Of a stretch of 64,000 nucleotides of DNA, positions 8,294 through 17,089 are shown in pieces (within the stretch, counting starts at the first letter, position 1; each line of letters begins with the position of its first letter). The position numbers and the translations under genes were made by a program. This DNA is from a virus. Taxonomy: Duplodnaviria; Caudoviricetes. The notes below the pieces were generated by a model. That model was not told the origin of the DNA. It made no database searches and worked only from the letters and a program-made list of their open reading frames with translations. Location: IMG/VR virus record IMGVR_UViG_3300028833_000092, positions 1 through 64,000 of that record; one strand, written 5' to 3'.

Positions 8294-9412
8294 ATGAGAT
8301 TTTCTTTTACTGGTAATCTTAATCTTAATGGTTTAGAAACCAAAAATCCTTTTCATAGGGTAGGAACTACAAGTTCTGGAAAAGCCTATGAGTCATTTAA
8401 TGTTTCTGTAGTTGCAGAAAAAAATAATCGAGCATATACAGAAGTATTCGGAATGGTTCAAGACAAGATTAAAACAATGGACACCGACAATAACAAAGTT
8501 GAAATTGACTGGGAAGATAGAAACGATCCAGACATTATCAAGAGTGTTGCGGGATTTAAGAAGCACGTTGTTAAACTTGGAGATGAACGTAAGGAATTTA
8601 TTTCCGATTATGATTTTGTAAAATATCTTGCAAGTCATGCAGATGATCTTAAAGATATTAAAGCGACGGTAACTGGTCAGTCAACTGTCAATGTTTATAA
8701 TGGTAAGATTTCACAGAGATTTACTATTCAGAATATTTATGAAGCAGATGATGAATCGAAGAATCAGTTGAGAATTACTACACCTTATTATTTTAATAAG
8801 AATTCTTTCGATTTTTCTGACTGGAATGATGAACATAAGATTATCATCAATGGATATATTCAGACATATATTGATAAAGATAATGGAAATAAATATGTCG
8901 AATTACCTACTGTTCTCGATTGTTCAAAGATTAATTGGGATAATGAAAAACATGTTAATCTTGTAAAGTATAAGTTAAAGATGCTTGGTTGCGATCTCGT
9001 TGATAATAAACCTAAGTTTAAATCAAAAGGAAGTAATTTCTATAGTATTGCAACAATACTTGCTTATCAGAATGGAGCAGAACAAGTAGATTTTACAGAG
9101 GATATGCTTACTGATACTCAGAAGGAACTTCTTGAATTGGGAGTAAAGACGCTTGAAGATTTCAGACCAGCAGGAAATGTATATGGCGAAAGAGTACAGA
9201 TTTATAAGATTGTAGATTTTGATATCCGTGGCGATTATGAAAATGGTTATGTAGATACAGAGTTATCTGAATCAGAATTTGAAGATGAAATTTATGTTCC
9301 AATAAAGCCGGAATCTGTAGAAGATTTGGAAGAGGAAGATGAAAAGCCTTCAAAGAAGAGTAAAGATGTAGAACCAGAAGATTCTGATGATGATGAAGAT
9401 TTATTTGGTTAA
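8294..9412 (+). CDS. putative single-stranded DNA-binding protein (SPbeta-like replication module)
   Basis: Beta-rich body, long acidic tail ending DDDEDLFG, position ahead of AAA/helicase genes. Confidence 0.55.
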   Translation: MRFSFTGNLNLNGLETKNPFHRVGTTSSGKAYESFNVSVVAEKNNRAYTEVFGMVQDKIKTMDTDNNKVEIDWEDRNDPDIIKSVAGFKKHVVKLGDERKEFISDYDFVKYLASHADDLKDIKATVTGQSTVNVYNGKISQRFTIQNIYEADDESKNQLRITTPYYFNKNSFDFSDWNDEHKIIINGYIQTYIDKDNGNKYVELPTVLDCSKINWDNEKHVNLVKYKLKMLGCDLVDNKPKFKSKGSNFYSIATILAYQNGAEQVDFTEDMLTDTQKELLELGVKTLEDFRPAGNVYGERVQIYKIVDFDIRGDYENGYVDTELSESEFEDEIYVPIKPESVEDLEEEDEKPSKKSKDVEPEDSDDDEDLFG

Positions 9413-9417
9413 TAATG

Positions 9418-9436
9418 GGGGAGATATTTTCTCCCC
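9418..9436 (+). terminator. stem-loop after SSB-like gene
   Basis: GGGGAGA-TATTT-TCTCCCC; short U tract, so partial terminator or stabiliser. Confidence 0.45.
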
Positions 9437-9470
9437 TTAACTCACTAAAGAATAAAAGGAGATAAGAAAT

Positions 9471-10598
9471 ATGGGAAAATTTGGTAAAAAAGTATCTATT
9501 AGTTTGAATCCTCTTGACTACAATATTACAATACTTGGTGAAGGTGGTATAGGAAAGACTACTCTCGCAAAAGAATTTTGCGAAAAATTAGTAGGTGATA
9601 ATGGATATATTCATCTTGACATTGGTAGAGAAGATGGCGCTGCCGCAATTGAAGGAATTGTATCTGAAAAAATTGAAAATTGGGCAAAACTTAAAGAAGT
9701 AGTAGATGATATTGTAGAAAATAAAGACGAAGATTATAATGAATTAAAAACTGTAATCTTTGATACTCTTGATGAATTAATTATTTTAGCAGAAGATGAA
9801 TCAATTCGTCAATATAATAAGAAAAATCCAGACAAGAAAGCTGATTCAATCGGAGCTGCTTGGGGTGGATTCATGCGTGGACAAGATTACGCGGCTCAGT
9901 TAATTGTAGATATTCTTGCAAAATTAAGAGAAGTTAATGTTTCAAGTATTATTATAGGTCATGTTAAGAGAACAGATATTGTTGATCCTATTACTCAGGA
10001 AACATATTCTAAACTTACTGCTGATACAACCCAGAGATATTTTAACGTAATAAAGAATAAACAACATTTTGTTGCACTTGCTTATGTTGACAGAGAAATT
10101 GTTAAAGAAAAGACTGGAAAGAAAAATGTTGTTACAAAACAGGATATAACTATTAATAAAGCAGTTTCAGAAAGTCGTGTATTGAGTTTTAGAGATGATA
10201 CTTATTCTGTAGATAGTAAGTCAAGATTTGCAAATATTGTTGATAAGATTCCTTTCGATGTTGATGAATTTATTAAGGCTATTACTGATGCTATTGAAAA
10301 TGAAAAGATAAGCAAAGGTGTTTCTTTGAAAGATGCTAAAAAGGAACAGGAAAAGAAAGAAAAGGAAAAGATTAAGAAAGCATCTGAAGCATCTGAAAAC
10401 GCTAGAATAACTAAGGCTAATGAGGAACTTGAAGAACAGAGAGCAGAATATATTAATATTATTTCTGAAAAATTTTCAAGTGCAGATAAAGAAATAAAAG
10501 ATAAGGCTAAAGAAATGTTGACAAATGCCGGAGTTAAAAAGTTTACAGACGAAGAACTTGATATCAATATTCTTAAACAAATCTCTGAATTATTTTAA
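9471..10598 (+). CDS. AAA_24-type ATPase (Sak4-like)
   Basis: GEGGIGKTT Walker A, VIFDTLD Walker B, IIGH, SKSRF. Confidence 0.8.
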   Translation: MGKFGKKVSISLNPLDYNITILGEGGIGKTTLAKEFCEKLVGDNGYIHLDIGREDGAAAIEGIVSEKIENWAKLKEVVDDIVENKDEDYNELKTVIFDTLDELIILAEDESIRQYNKKNPDKKADSIGAAWGGFMRGQDYAAQLIVDILAKLREVNVSSIIIGHVKRTDIVDPITQETYSKLTADTTQRYFNVIKNKQHFVALAYVDREIVKEKTGKKNVVTKQDITINKAVSESRVLSFRDDTYSVDSKSRFANIVDKIPFDVDEFIKAITDAIENEKISKGVSLKDAKKEQEKKEKEKIKKASEASENARITKANEELEEQRAEYINIISEKFSSADKEIKDKAKEMLTNAGVKKFTDEELDINILKQISELF

Positions 10599-10687
10599 TT
10601 CATAATTGTGTAAGTCACAAATATTGTGGTAGAATTACACGATTCTACCACAAAAAATGTGACTATCATATTACAAAGGAGAATTAT

Positions 10688-11014
10688 ATGAGGATAATAT
10701 CTCAAGATGGGACAAGGGATTTTCCTTATGAATCAACTGCGTTAATACTTCGTCATAGAAAATTGGGTAATGAAGATGTTTTTGTAATTGTTGCGTTATA
10801 TTGTGGAAAAGAACATGATTTGGCATATTATCATAATAGTGAATTTGCATATGGGGTATTAGAAGAGATAAGAAGTACTCCAGAATATATAGATGTTTGC
10901 AATAAAAATAATGATGACCAAGACGATGAAGCATTTCCTTATCCAGTTCGAGAAAAAATATTATCTATAGTATTACCTAAAGATCAAGAGGTTAATAATG
11001 GCAAGGAAGGTTAA
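10688..11014 (+). CDS. hypothetical phage protein
   Basis: AAGGAG RBS; MRIISQDG start typical of small phage proteins. Confidence 0.7.
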   Translation: MRIISQDGTRDFPYESTALILRHRKLGNEDVFVIVALYCGKEHDLAYYHNSEFAYGVLEEIRSTPEYIDVCNKNNDDQDDEAFPYPVREKILSIVLPKDQEVNNGKEG

Positions 11015-11495
11015 GTTAAGAGATACAGGCGAAGATAGTACTTCTGATATTGCTTTTAAAGCAGAAGATGGAAAGTATTATTCTTCAGAAAAAGCCTATG
11101 AAAAAATATCTAAAAACAAATATTATAAAAATAAGTGTATTGATTTAATGTTTGAAGTTTTAGGATATAAAAATAATATGATCATTCCTACGTTTTTTTA
11201 TAAATCTTTAAAAAATTTTGAAGGAGTAGGATATGAAGCATTATATAATACAATGATTTCTCAAGATAAATCTGTCCAGTGGGCTTTAAATAACAAAACA
11301 TTTAATGGTGAAATCTCTAAAGTTATGTACATTATGGCAATCTATAGCAATAATGTTATGGACGAATATAAAAAAATAATTGAGAATCAAAAAAATAAAT
11401 CTATTATGGAAAAAACTAATGACATAAATGAAATGTCAGATAATATAAATAGAAAACAAGAAGTGAAAAATATAAGTAGATTTTTAGAGGACTAA
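10998..11495 (+). CDS. hypothetical protein, possible helicase loader
   Basis: Directly precedes helicase; positional inference only. Confidence 0.55.
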   Translation: MARKVKLRDTGEDSTSDIAFKAEDGKYYSSEKAYEKISKNKYYKNKCIDLMFEVLGYKNNMIIPTFFYKSLKNFEGVGYEALYNTMISQDKSVQWALNNKTFNGEISKVMYIMAIYSNNVMDEYKKIIENQKNKSIMEKTNDINEMSDNINRKQEVKNISRFLED

Positions 11496-11496
11496 T

Positions 11497-12951
11497 ATGG
11501 ATTCAAAAATACCAGAGGAACTTATAAAAAACAGAAATGTTATAGAATGTAATTGGATTTTTTGTTTATTTAAAGACATAAATCTTGTAGGCGATTATAA
11601 GAATATTGTTAATACAGAAGATATTATTACTGATGATGGCATTTTTTATTATGGTTTAATTCAAGGACTTGCAAAAAATGGATATCAAGTTGCAGACAAC
11701 ATATCTATTCATGAATATTTAAGTAGCAAGAAAACATTAAATAAAAAGTTTGAAGAACTTGGTGGTTATTCAACAATAAAAGAAATAAGTGATCTTCTTT
11801 CTCTTAAAAATTTAGATACCTATTATGATGAATTGGTAAAAAATAATTTATTAATCAGATTATATAATGCTGGATTCAATGTATTAAAAGACTTAAATAA
11901 ACTTAATACTATGAGTTCTGAAGAAATTTATGATTATTATGATTATCAATTAAATAATATAAGTGTTGGTAAAATAGAAAAAATAAAAGTCGAAGATTTA
12001 TCTTCTGGTTATGATGAGTGGATTAAAAGAGCTGATTCTGCTACAAATATAGGTTATAGAGTAGGAAGTAAATTATTAGATTATCAACTTGCTGGAATTC
12101 ATAAAGGTTGTTTAACGTTATATCTTGGTGGTATAGGACAAGGAAAGAGTTCTTCTTCTGTTTCATTATTTATTCTTCCCGCGATAGAAGACGGTAATGA
12201 TATCACTATACTTTGCAACGAACAGACTGCTGACGAATATAGAAGTATGATTATATCCGCCGTATTGTTTGGTAAAATCGGTAACGTTAAAGGTATGAAT
12301 CGTATGTCAATCACGTTAGGTAATTTTGATGATTACAAAAGAGAAAAGTTACGTGAAGCAGCAGACTGGATTGAAAAACAACCCGGGAAAATACGTTTCG
12401 TTGAATTACAAAATTATGATATTGTAAATGTTAGAAAAATCATAAAACAACAATCTAAATTAGGATGTAGTTATTTCTTTTTTGATGTGTTAAAGAATGT
12501 AAATGATGCAAGTGATAAAGCGTGGGCAGAACTTTCTGACATTGCAAAAACATTATTTGTTTTAGCAAAGAATCAAAAAGTCGCAATCATTGCAAGTGCT
12601 CAGTTAGCATCTGATAGTATGAATCGTAAATATCTTGATTTATCTGCCGTAGGTAAATCTCGTGCTATTTCAGAATGTTGTGCTACAGTAATTGGATTTA
12701 GACCAATTATGAATAATGAAGTAGAAAAAATAAAACCGTGGAAATATAAGAAGAATCCAGACGGATCAGATGTAAAAATTAAAGAGATATATGATTTAAA
12801 TCCAGATAAACATTATATAATGCAATTTATAATGAAAAACAGATATGGTGATACTTCTACTCAGATAGTTCAAGAATTTGATCAATCATTTAATACTATA
12901 AAAGATATAGGATATTATAGAGCAAGTTATGATGATTTTAAAAGAAATTAA
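11497..12951 (+). CDS. DnaB-like replicative helicase
   Basis: GGIGQGKSS Walker A, NEQ, FFDVLK, ASAQL, KNRYG. Confidence 0.88.
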   Translation: MDSKIPEELIKNRNVIECNWIFCLFKDINLVGDYKNIVNTEDIITDDGIFYYGLIQGLAKNGYQVADNISIHEYLSSKKTLNKKFEELGGYSTIKEISDLLSLKNLDTYYDELVKNNLLIRLYNAGFNVLKDLNKLNTMSSEEIYDYYDYQLNNISVGKIEKIKVEDLSSGYDEWIKRADSATNIGYRVGSKLLDYQLAGIHKGCLTLYLGGIGQGKSSSSVSLFILPAIEDGNDITILCNEQTADEYRSMIISAVLFGKIGNVKGMNRMSITLGNFDDYKREKLREAADWIEKQPGKIRFVELQNYDIVNVRKIIKQQSKLGCSYFFFDVLKNVNDASDKAWAELSDIAKTLFVLAKNQKVAIIASAQLASDSMNRKYLDLSAVGKSRAISECCATVIGFRPIMNNEVEKIKPWKYKKNPDGSDVKIKEIYDLNPDKHYIMQFIMKNRYGDTSTQIVQEFDQSFNTIKDIGYYRASYDDFKRN

Positions 12952-12961
12952 AAAATAAGTA

Positions 12962-12990
12962 TTGACATTAATTAAATGTGGGAGTATATT
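12962..12990 (+). promoter_or_regulatory. sigma-A promoter driving repeat-RNA / tRNA-Asn / DUF2828 unit
   Basis: TTGACA-N17-TATATT. Confidence 0.75.
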
Positions 12991-13001
12991 ATATTTAAAG
13001 A

Positions 13002-13066
13002 AAGGTGCATACAGCAAACCAAGTTTAAATAACAATCGCCTGTTAAACGATCCAAAATGCACCTTG
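13002..13066 (+). ncRNA. TACAGCAA stem-loop RNA unit 1
   Basis: AAGGTGC-ATACAGCAA...GCACCTT-G; internal ATCG-C-CTGTTAA-A-CGAT hairpin. Confidence 0.7.
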
Positions 13067-13070
13067 TTCG

Positions 13071-13143
13071 GCTCTTGTAGTTCAGTTGGTAGAACGACTG
13101 ACTGTTAATCAGTAAGTCATAGGTTCGAGTCCTATCGAGAGCG
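13071..13143 (+). tRNA. tRNA-Asn(GTT)
   Basis: GCTCTTG/CGAGAGC acceptor, ACTGA-CTGTTAA-TCAGT, GTTCGAGTC; no encoded CCA. Confidence 0.95.
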
Positions 13144-13146
13144 TTT

Positions 13147-13219
13147 AAGACACATACAGCAATTTAAAATTATAACTGAAAATTTGCCTAATAATTTTTT
13201 TGTAAAATATGGTGTCTTG
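13147..13219 (+). ncRNA. TACAGCAA stem-loop RNA unit 2
   Basis: AAGACAC-ATACAGCAA...GTGTCTT-G. Confidence 0.7.
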
Positions 13220-13245
13220 ATTAAATAATATGATGATTTATAGAA

Positions 13246-13305
13246 AAAACAGGTACAGCAAAAATTTAAAATCGGGCTAATGTGAGCAGAGAAAAAACTG
13301 TTTTG
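13246..13305 (+). ncRNA. TACAGCAA stem-loop RNA unit 3
   Basis: AAAACAG-GTACAGCAA...CTGTTTT-G. Confidence 0.65.
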
Positions 13306-13349
13306 TAATATAAATTATCATATTTTTTTTATTTAAAAGGAGGATTAAA

Positions 13350-14864
13350 ATGAATTTTATTACGGCTTTTGACAATGAAACAAAAAAAGCAAAAACTCTT
13401 ACTGAAAATGGGGCAGTAGTTTATGAAACATCTGGAAGTAGTCTTCTTGATTTGAATTTTGCAACTTCAAGTATGAGAATGTGGTCGGAAGATAAAATAG
13501 TACATGCATTTGAAAAAGCATACTTTGAATGTCCTGTTTTAGCAGTAGTATGGCTTTTCTTTTTGCGTGACGTAAGAGGATGTGGAATGGGCGAAAGAAG
13601 ATCATTTAGAATATGTATGAAATGGTTATGCGATAATCGTCCAGATGATGCTAAAAAGATAATTTCTTTAATTCCAGAATATGGAAGATGGGATGATTTA
13701 ATATATCTTACAAATTCTAATTTGAAAAACAATATTATTAAAATAATTGATAATCAGTTAGAAAAAGATATGGATGATTGTATGAACAATAAACCAGTAT
13801 CTTTACTTGCTAAATGGTTGCCATCTATTAATGCTTCTTCATATAAAACTAAAAACCTTGCAAAGATAATTTGTAAAGAATTAGGAATTAAAGAAGTTCA
13901 GTATAGAAAAATTCTTTCTAAAATGAGAAAATACATTGATATTGTAGAAAGAAAAATGTCATCAAAAGACTGGAATGAAATTAATTATAATACAGTTCCG
14001 TCTGTTGCAAATTTAAAATATTCAAATGCATTTTTAAAAAATGATAATAATAGACGAAAAGAATATCTTGATAATTTAGCAAAAGGTAATCCTGAAACAA
14101 AAATAAATGCTAAAACATTGTTCCCATCAGATATTGTAGGACAATATAATTATCCTTGGTGTAATTATGATGAAACTAAAGAACAATTATGGAAAGCATT
14201 ACCTAATTTTGTTGAAGATGATTCAAATACTATAGTTGTAAGAGATGGTTCTGGATCAATGACTGTATCTATTCCGGGAACTAAAACACGATGCATTGAT
14301 GTTTCTACTGCATTAGCAATTTATTTTTCTGAAAGAAATAGTGGAGAATTTAAAAATAAGTTTATCACTTTTAGTAGTAATCCCAAAGTAGTTAATTTAG
14401 AAAATTGCAAATCTCTTTTTGAAAAACTTTCATTATGTAGAAAATATACTGATTGTACTAATACAAATATAGAAAAAGTTTTCGATATGATACTCGAAGC
14501 TGCTATAAATAATGAATTATCTCAAGAAGAATTACCTAAAAATATAATAATTGTTTCAGATATGGAATTTGATTCTATGTGTGAAGTTAATAATAACACT
14601 AAAACTATTTTCGAAAATATAAAGTATAGATATGAAGCACATGGGTATAAACTTCCTAAATTAATCTTCTGGAATGTTTTAAGTAGGACTAATGGAATTC
14701 CTTTAAGAGAAAATGAATTAGGAGTAGCGTTAGTAAGTGGATTTAGTCCCGCAATTTATAATATGGTTTTGTCAAATAAAACGAATCCATTTGATTGTTT
14801 AGTTGAGCAATTAAATAATGAGAGGTATAATCCTGTTTGGGAGGCTTTACTTCTAAATAAGTAA
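13350..14864 (+). CDS. DUF2828-family protein (helical domain + vWA/MIDAS)
   Basis: TENGA, RDVRG.G.GER, EYGRWDDL, AKWLPS, DGSGSM, SDMEFD, IFWN, VSGFS motifs. Confidence 0.88.
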   Translation: MNFITAFDNETKKAKTLTENGAVVYETSGSSLLDLNFATSSMRMWSEDKIVHAFEKAYFECPVLAVVWLFFLRDVRGCGMGERRSFRICMKWLCDNRPDDAKKIISLIPEYGRWDDLIYLTNSNLKNNIIKIIDNQLEKDMDDCMNNKPVSLLAKWLPSINASSYKTKNLAKIICKELGIKEVQYRKILSKMRKYIDIVERKMSSKDWNEINYNTVPSVANLKYSNAFLKNDNNRRKEYLDNLAKGNPETKINAKTLFPSDIVGQYNYPWCNYDETKEQLWKALPNFVEDDSNTIVVRDGSGSMTVSIPGTKTRCIDVSTALAIYFSERNSGEFKNKFITFSSNPKVVNLENCKSLFEKLSLCRKYTDCTNTNIEKVFDMILEAAINNELSQEELPKNIIIVSDMEFDSMCEVNNNTKTIFENIKYRYEAHGYKLPKLIFWNVLSRTNGIPLRENELGVALVSGFSPAIYNMVLSNKTNPFDCLVEQLNNERYNPVWEALLLNK

Positions 14865-14878
14865 ATAATGGTAGGACT

Positions 14879-15142
14879 ATGAAAGAAAAAATAAAAGAAA
14901 AATTAAACATTTACGGTTCTTTAATATCTTTGATAATACTTATTTCTTGTATAATATTTATTATTATAAAAGGAATAAGTTATCTAGATGAAAAACATTC
15001 AGAAAAACATTGGAATAATGGTTATTGCAAATGTGGTGGGCAATGGGAGTATGTTCAATTTTATCCTAGTCCATCTGAAATAAAATATTATTATGAGTGC
15101 AACAAATGTCATAATATTGAAGGTTTTAATAAACGTAGATAA
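14879..15142 (+). CDS. small membrane protein with zinc ribbon
   Basis: One TM helix then CKCGG..CNKC. Confidence 0.65.
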   Translation: MKEKIKEKLNIYGSLISLIILISCIIFIIIKGISYLDEKHSEKHWNNGYCKCGGQWEYVQFYPSPSEIKYYYECNKCHNIEGFNKRR

Positions 15143-15165
15143 ATAAGAAAGAGAGGTATGAATGG

Positions 15166-16179
15166 TTGAACGTTATTGAATTACAAAATAAAATTATTCT
15201 TGAACCAGAATTAATTCATACCATTCTTACTAAACTTGGACACAAAGAAATACAAGATCGAGGAAATTGTTATAGAACATCGAATTTAGATGGAGATAAT
15301 GGTACCGCAATAAGTATCATTAAAGAAAATTTAGTATATTCTAATTTTACTCGTGGGGAAAAGGGCAATATTTTTTCATTAGTTATGTCTGAAAAAGATT
15401 GTTCTTTTCCTCAGGCTATAGAATATATATCGAATTGGATTGGTTTTAAAAGTAATCATTACATAATCAGAAAACCATTTGGTGGGTTTTACGAACATTT
15501 AATTAAGTCTGAAATTGAACCAGAATTAAATATGAAAACCTTTAAAGAAGATGTATTGCCCCCACCAGATAGTTTATCTATGAAATGGGTGAAAGATGGC
15601 GTTTCTTTACAAGTTCAAGAAAAATATGGAATAAGATATGATCACGTAACTAATGGAATAATAATTCCGGCTCATGATTTTAATGGCAAATTAGTTGGGG
15701 CAAAATGGCGAAATAATGATGAATGTGATTTAAGTGAAAGATGGGGAATGTATATTCCATATTCTAAATCAAATATATTGTGGGGATATAATCAACATTA
15801 TAAAGAGATACAAAATAAGAAAACAGTCATTGTCGTAGAAGCAGAAAAAGGTGTTCTTCAAGCCGAATCATTCGGTTGTTATATATGTGTTGCAATTGGT
15901 GGTCATAGTCTTTCAGTTACACAAATTAAATATTTAAAAGGACTCATGTGTAATAAAATAATTTTGGCTTTTGATGAAGGATTACATAAAGAAGAAATTG
16001 AATTCGAAGCCAAAAAATTGTTAACAAAAAATAATGTTGTAAATACAAAAATAGGATATGTTTTTGATGAAAATAATAAATATTTAAAGAAAGATAGTAA
16101 AAATAGTCCTACCGATTTAGGAAAAGATATATTTGAAAAATTGATAAAACAACATACAATTTGGATTACAGATAAATAA
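15166..16179 (+). CDS. DNA primase (TOPRIM)
   Basis: IIIP, KWR, VVEAEKG, ILAFDEG; replication module context. Confidence 0.82.
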   Translation: MNVIELQNKIILEPELIHTILTKLGHKEIQDRGNCYRTSNLDGDNGTAISIIKENLVYSNFTRGEKGNIFSLVMSEKDCSFPQAIEYISNWIGFKSNHYIIRKPFGGFYEHLIKSEIEPELNMKTFKEDVLPPPDSLSMKWVKDGVSLQVQEKYGIRYDHVTNGIIIPAHDFNGKLVGAKWRNNDECDLSERWGMYIPYSKSNILWGYNQHYKEIQNKKTVIVVEAEKGVLQAESFGCYICVAIGGHSLSVTQIKYLKGLMCNKIILAFDEGLHKEEIEFEAKKLLTKNNVVNTKIGYVFDENNKYLKKDSKNSPTDLGKDIFEKLIKQHTIWITDK

Positions 16180-16194
16180 ATTAAAGGTGAAGAT

Positions 16195-16524
16195 ATGAAT
16201 AATAGTTTTAATTTTAATTGGAAATTTGGTCATTTTCAAATAACAACCGTTCATGAAAAATATGATGATAAAAATCATTGTTATGATGTAGAGTCTCCTA
16301 TTCGAAAAAATTGTCCGATTGAATTGTTGAAATGGTCTGAAGATTTTGATTATTGTTGGGTAGTTGCGTGGTTTAGAAAAACAGACGAAGGATATGAATT
16401 TTTAAGTATAGGAAGTAGATTGTTTGACGAAATATCTGAAGATGAAATATCTGAAATTTGGAGACAACTTAAAGCAGCCTCGAAAATATTGAACGAATAT
16501 TATGAAGTATCTGGTGAATATTGA
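16195..16524 (+). CDS. hypothetical protein
   Basis: AAGGTG RBS, ORF track. Confidence 0.65.
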   Translation: MNNSFNFNWKFGHFQITTVHEKYDDKNHCYDVESPIRKNCPIELLKWSEDFDYCWVVAWFRKTDEGYEFLSIGSRLFDEISEDEISEIWRQLKAASKILNEYYEVSGEY

Positions 16525-16526
16525 TT

Positions 16527-16685
16527 ATGAAGATAATATGGTGGATATACTATCAATTATTAAGATGTTTAATAGTATATAACGAAGAATTAAATATAGA
16601 AATGGCATATAATGAAATGACTTCATTATATACATTAATGAATAGAATAAAAGATAAAATAAGGAGAAAAAACAATGTTAGTTAA
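16527..16685 (+). CDS. small hypothetical protein (52 aa, not in ORF track)
   Basis: MKIIWWIYYQLL... fills the gap exactly; GGTG RBS. Confidence 0.45.
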   Translation: MKIIWWIYYQLLRCLIVYNEELNIEMAYNEMTSLYTLMNRIKDKIRRKNNVS

Positions 16686-16878
16686 GTGCGAAAAGGAAAT
16701 TAATATTAAGGAACTTATTCGTGATTTAGATGTTAAATCTAAAAAGAGTCCTATTGATCCTAAAAATAGTTATGTAGTTGCTGTTAATCGTGAATTACTT
16801 GCAAATGCCAGAGATGTTATTCGTCAATTATATAACGATGAAGACGAATCAACAAATGAAAATGAAGTAGGAGTATAA
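16675..16878 (+). CDS. hypothetical protein
   Basis: AAGGAG RBS. Confidence 0.7.
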   Translation: MLVKCEKEINIKELIRDLDVKSKKSPIDPKNSYVVAVNRELLANARDVIRQLYNDEDESTNENEVGV

Positions 16879-16882
16879 AAAT

Positions 16883-17089
16883 ATGAGAGACCCAAATAGA
16901 TTAAACTTATTTTATACTAAATTATGTGAAATACATAAAGTAAATTTTCCGGACTGGAGATTTGGTCAATTTTGTTCAAATTTTTTTGGTTGGTTAGCGT
17001 ATGAGAAAAAAAAGGATTTATTTTTTCCAGAAGAAGATGAAATGTTAAAGTATTTAAATGAGTTTGTTAAGGGCAAAAAGGTAAAATAA
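16883..17089 (+). CDS. small conserved phage protein (YihD/DUF1040-like)
   Basis: MRDPNR..PDWRFGQ motif. Confidence 0.7.
   Translation: MRDPNRLNLFYTKLCEIHKVNFPDWRFGQFCSNFFGWLAYEKKKDLFFPEEDEMLKYLNEFVKGKKVK

Noticed and set aside
13002-13305. CRISPR array interpretation of the TACAGCAA repeats
   Set aside because: Only 8 nt are invariant, spacing is irregular, stems enclose the variable part and there is no cas operon; the Cas4-like nuclease sits in the replication module
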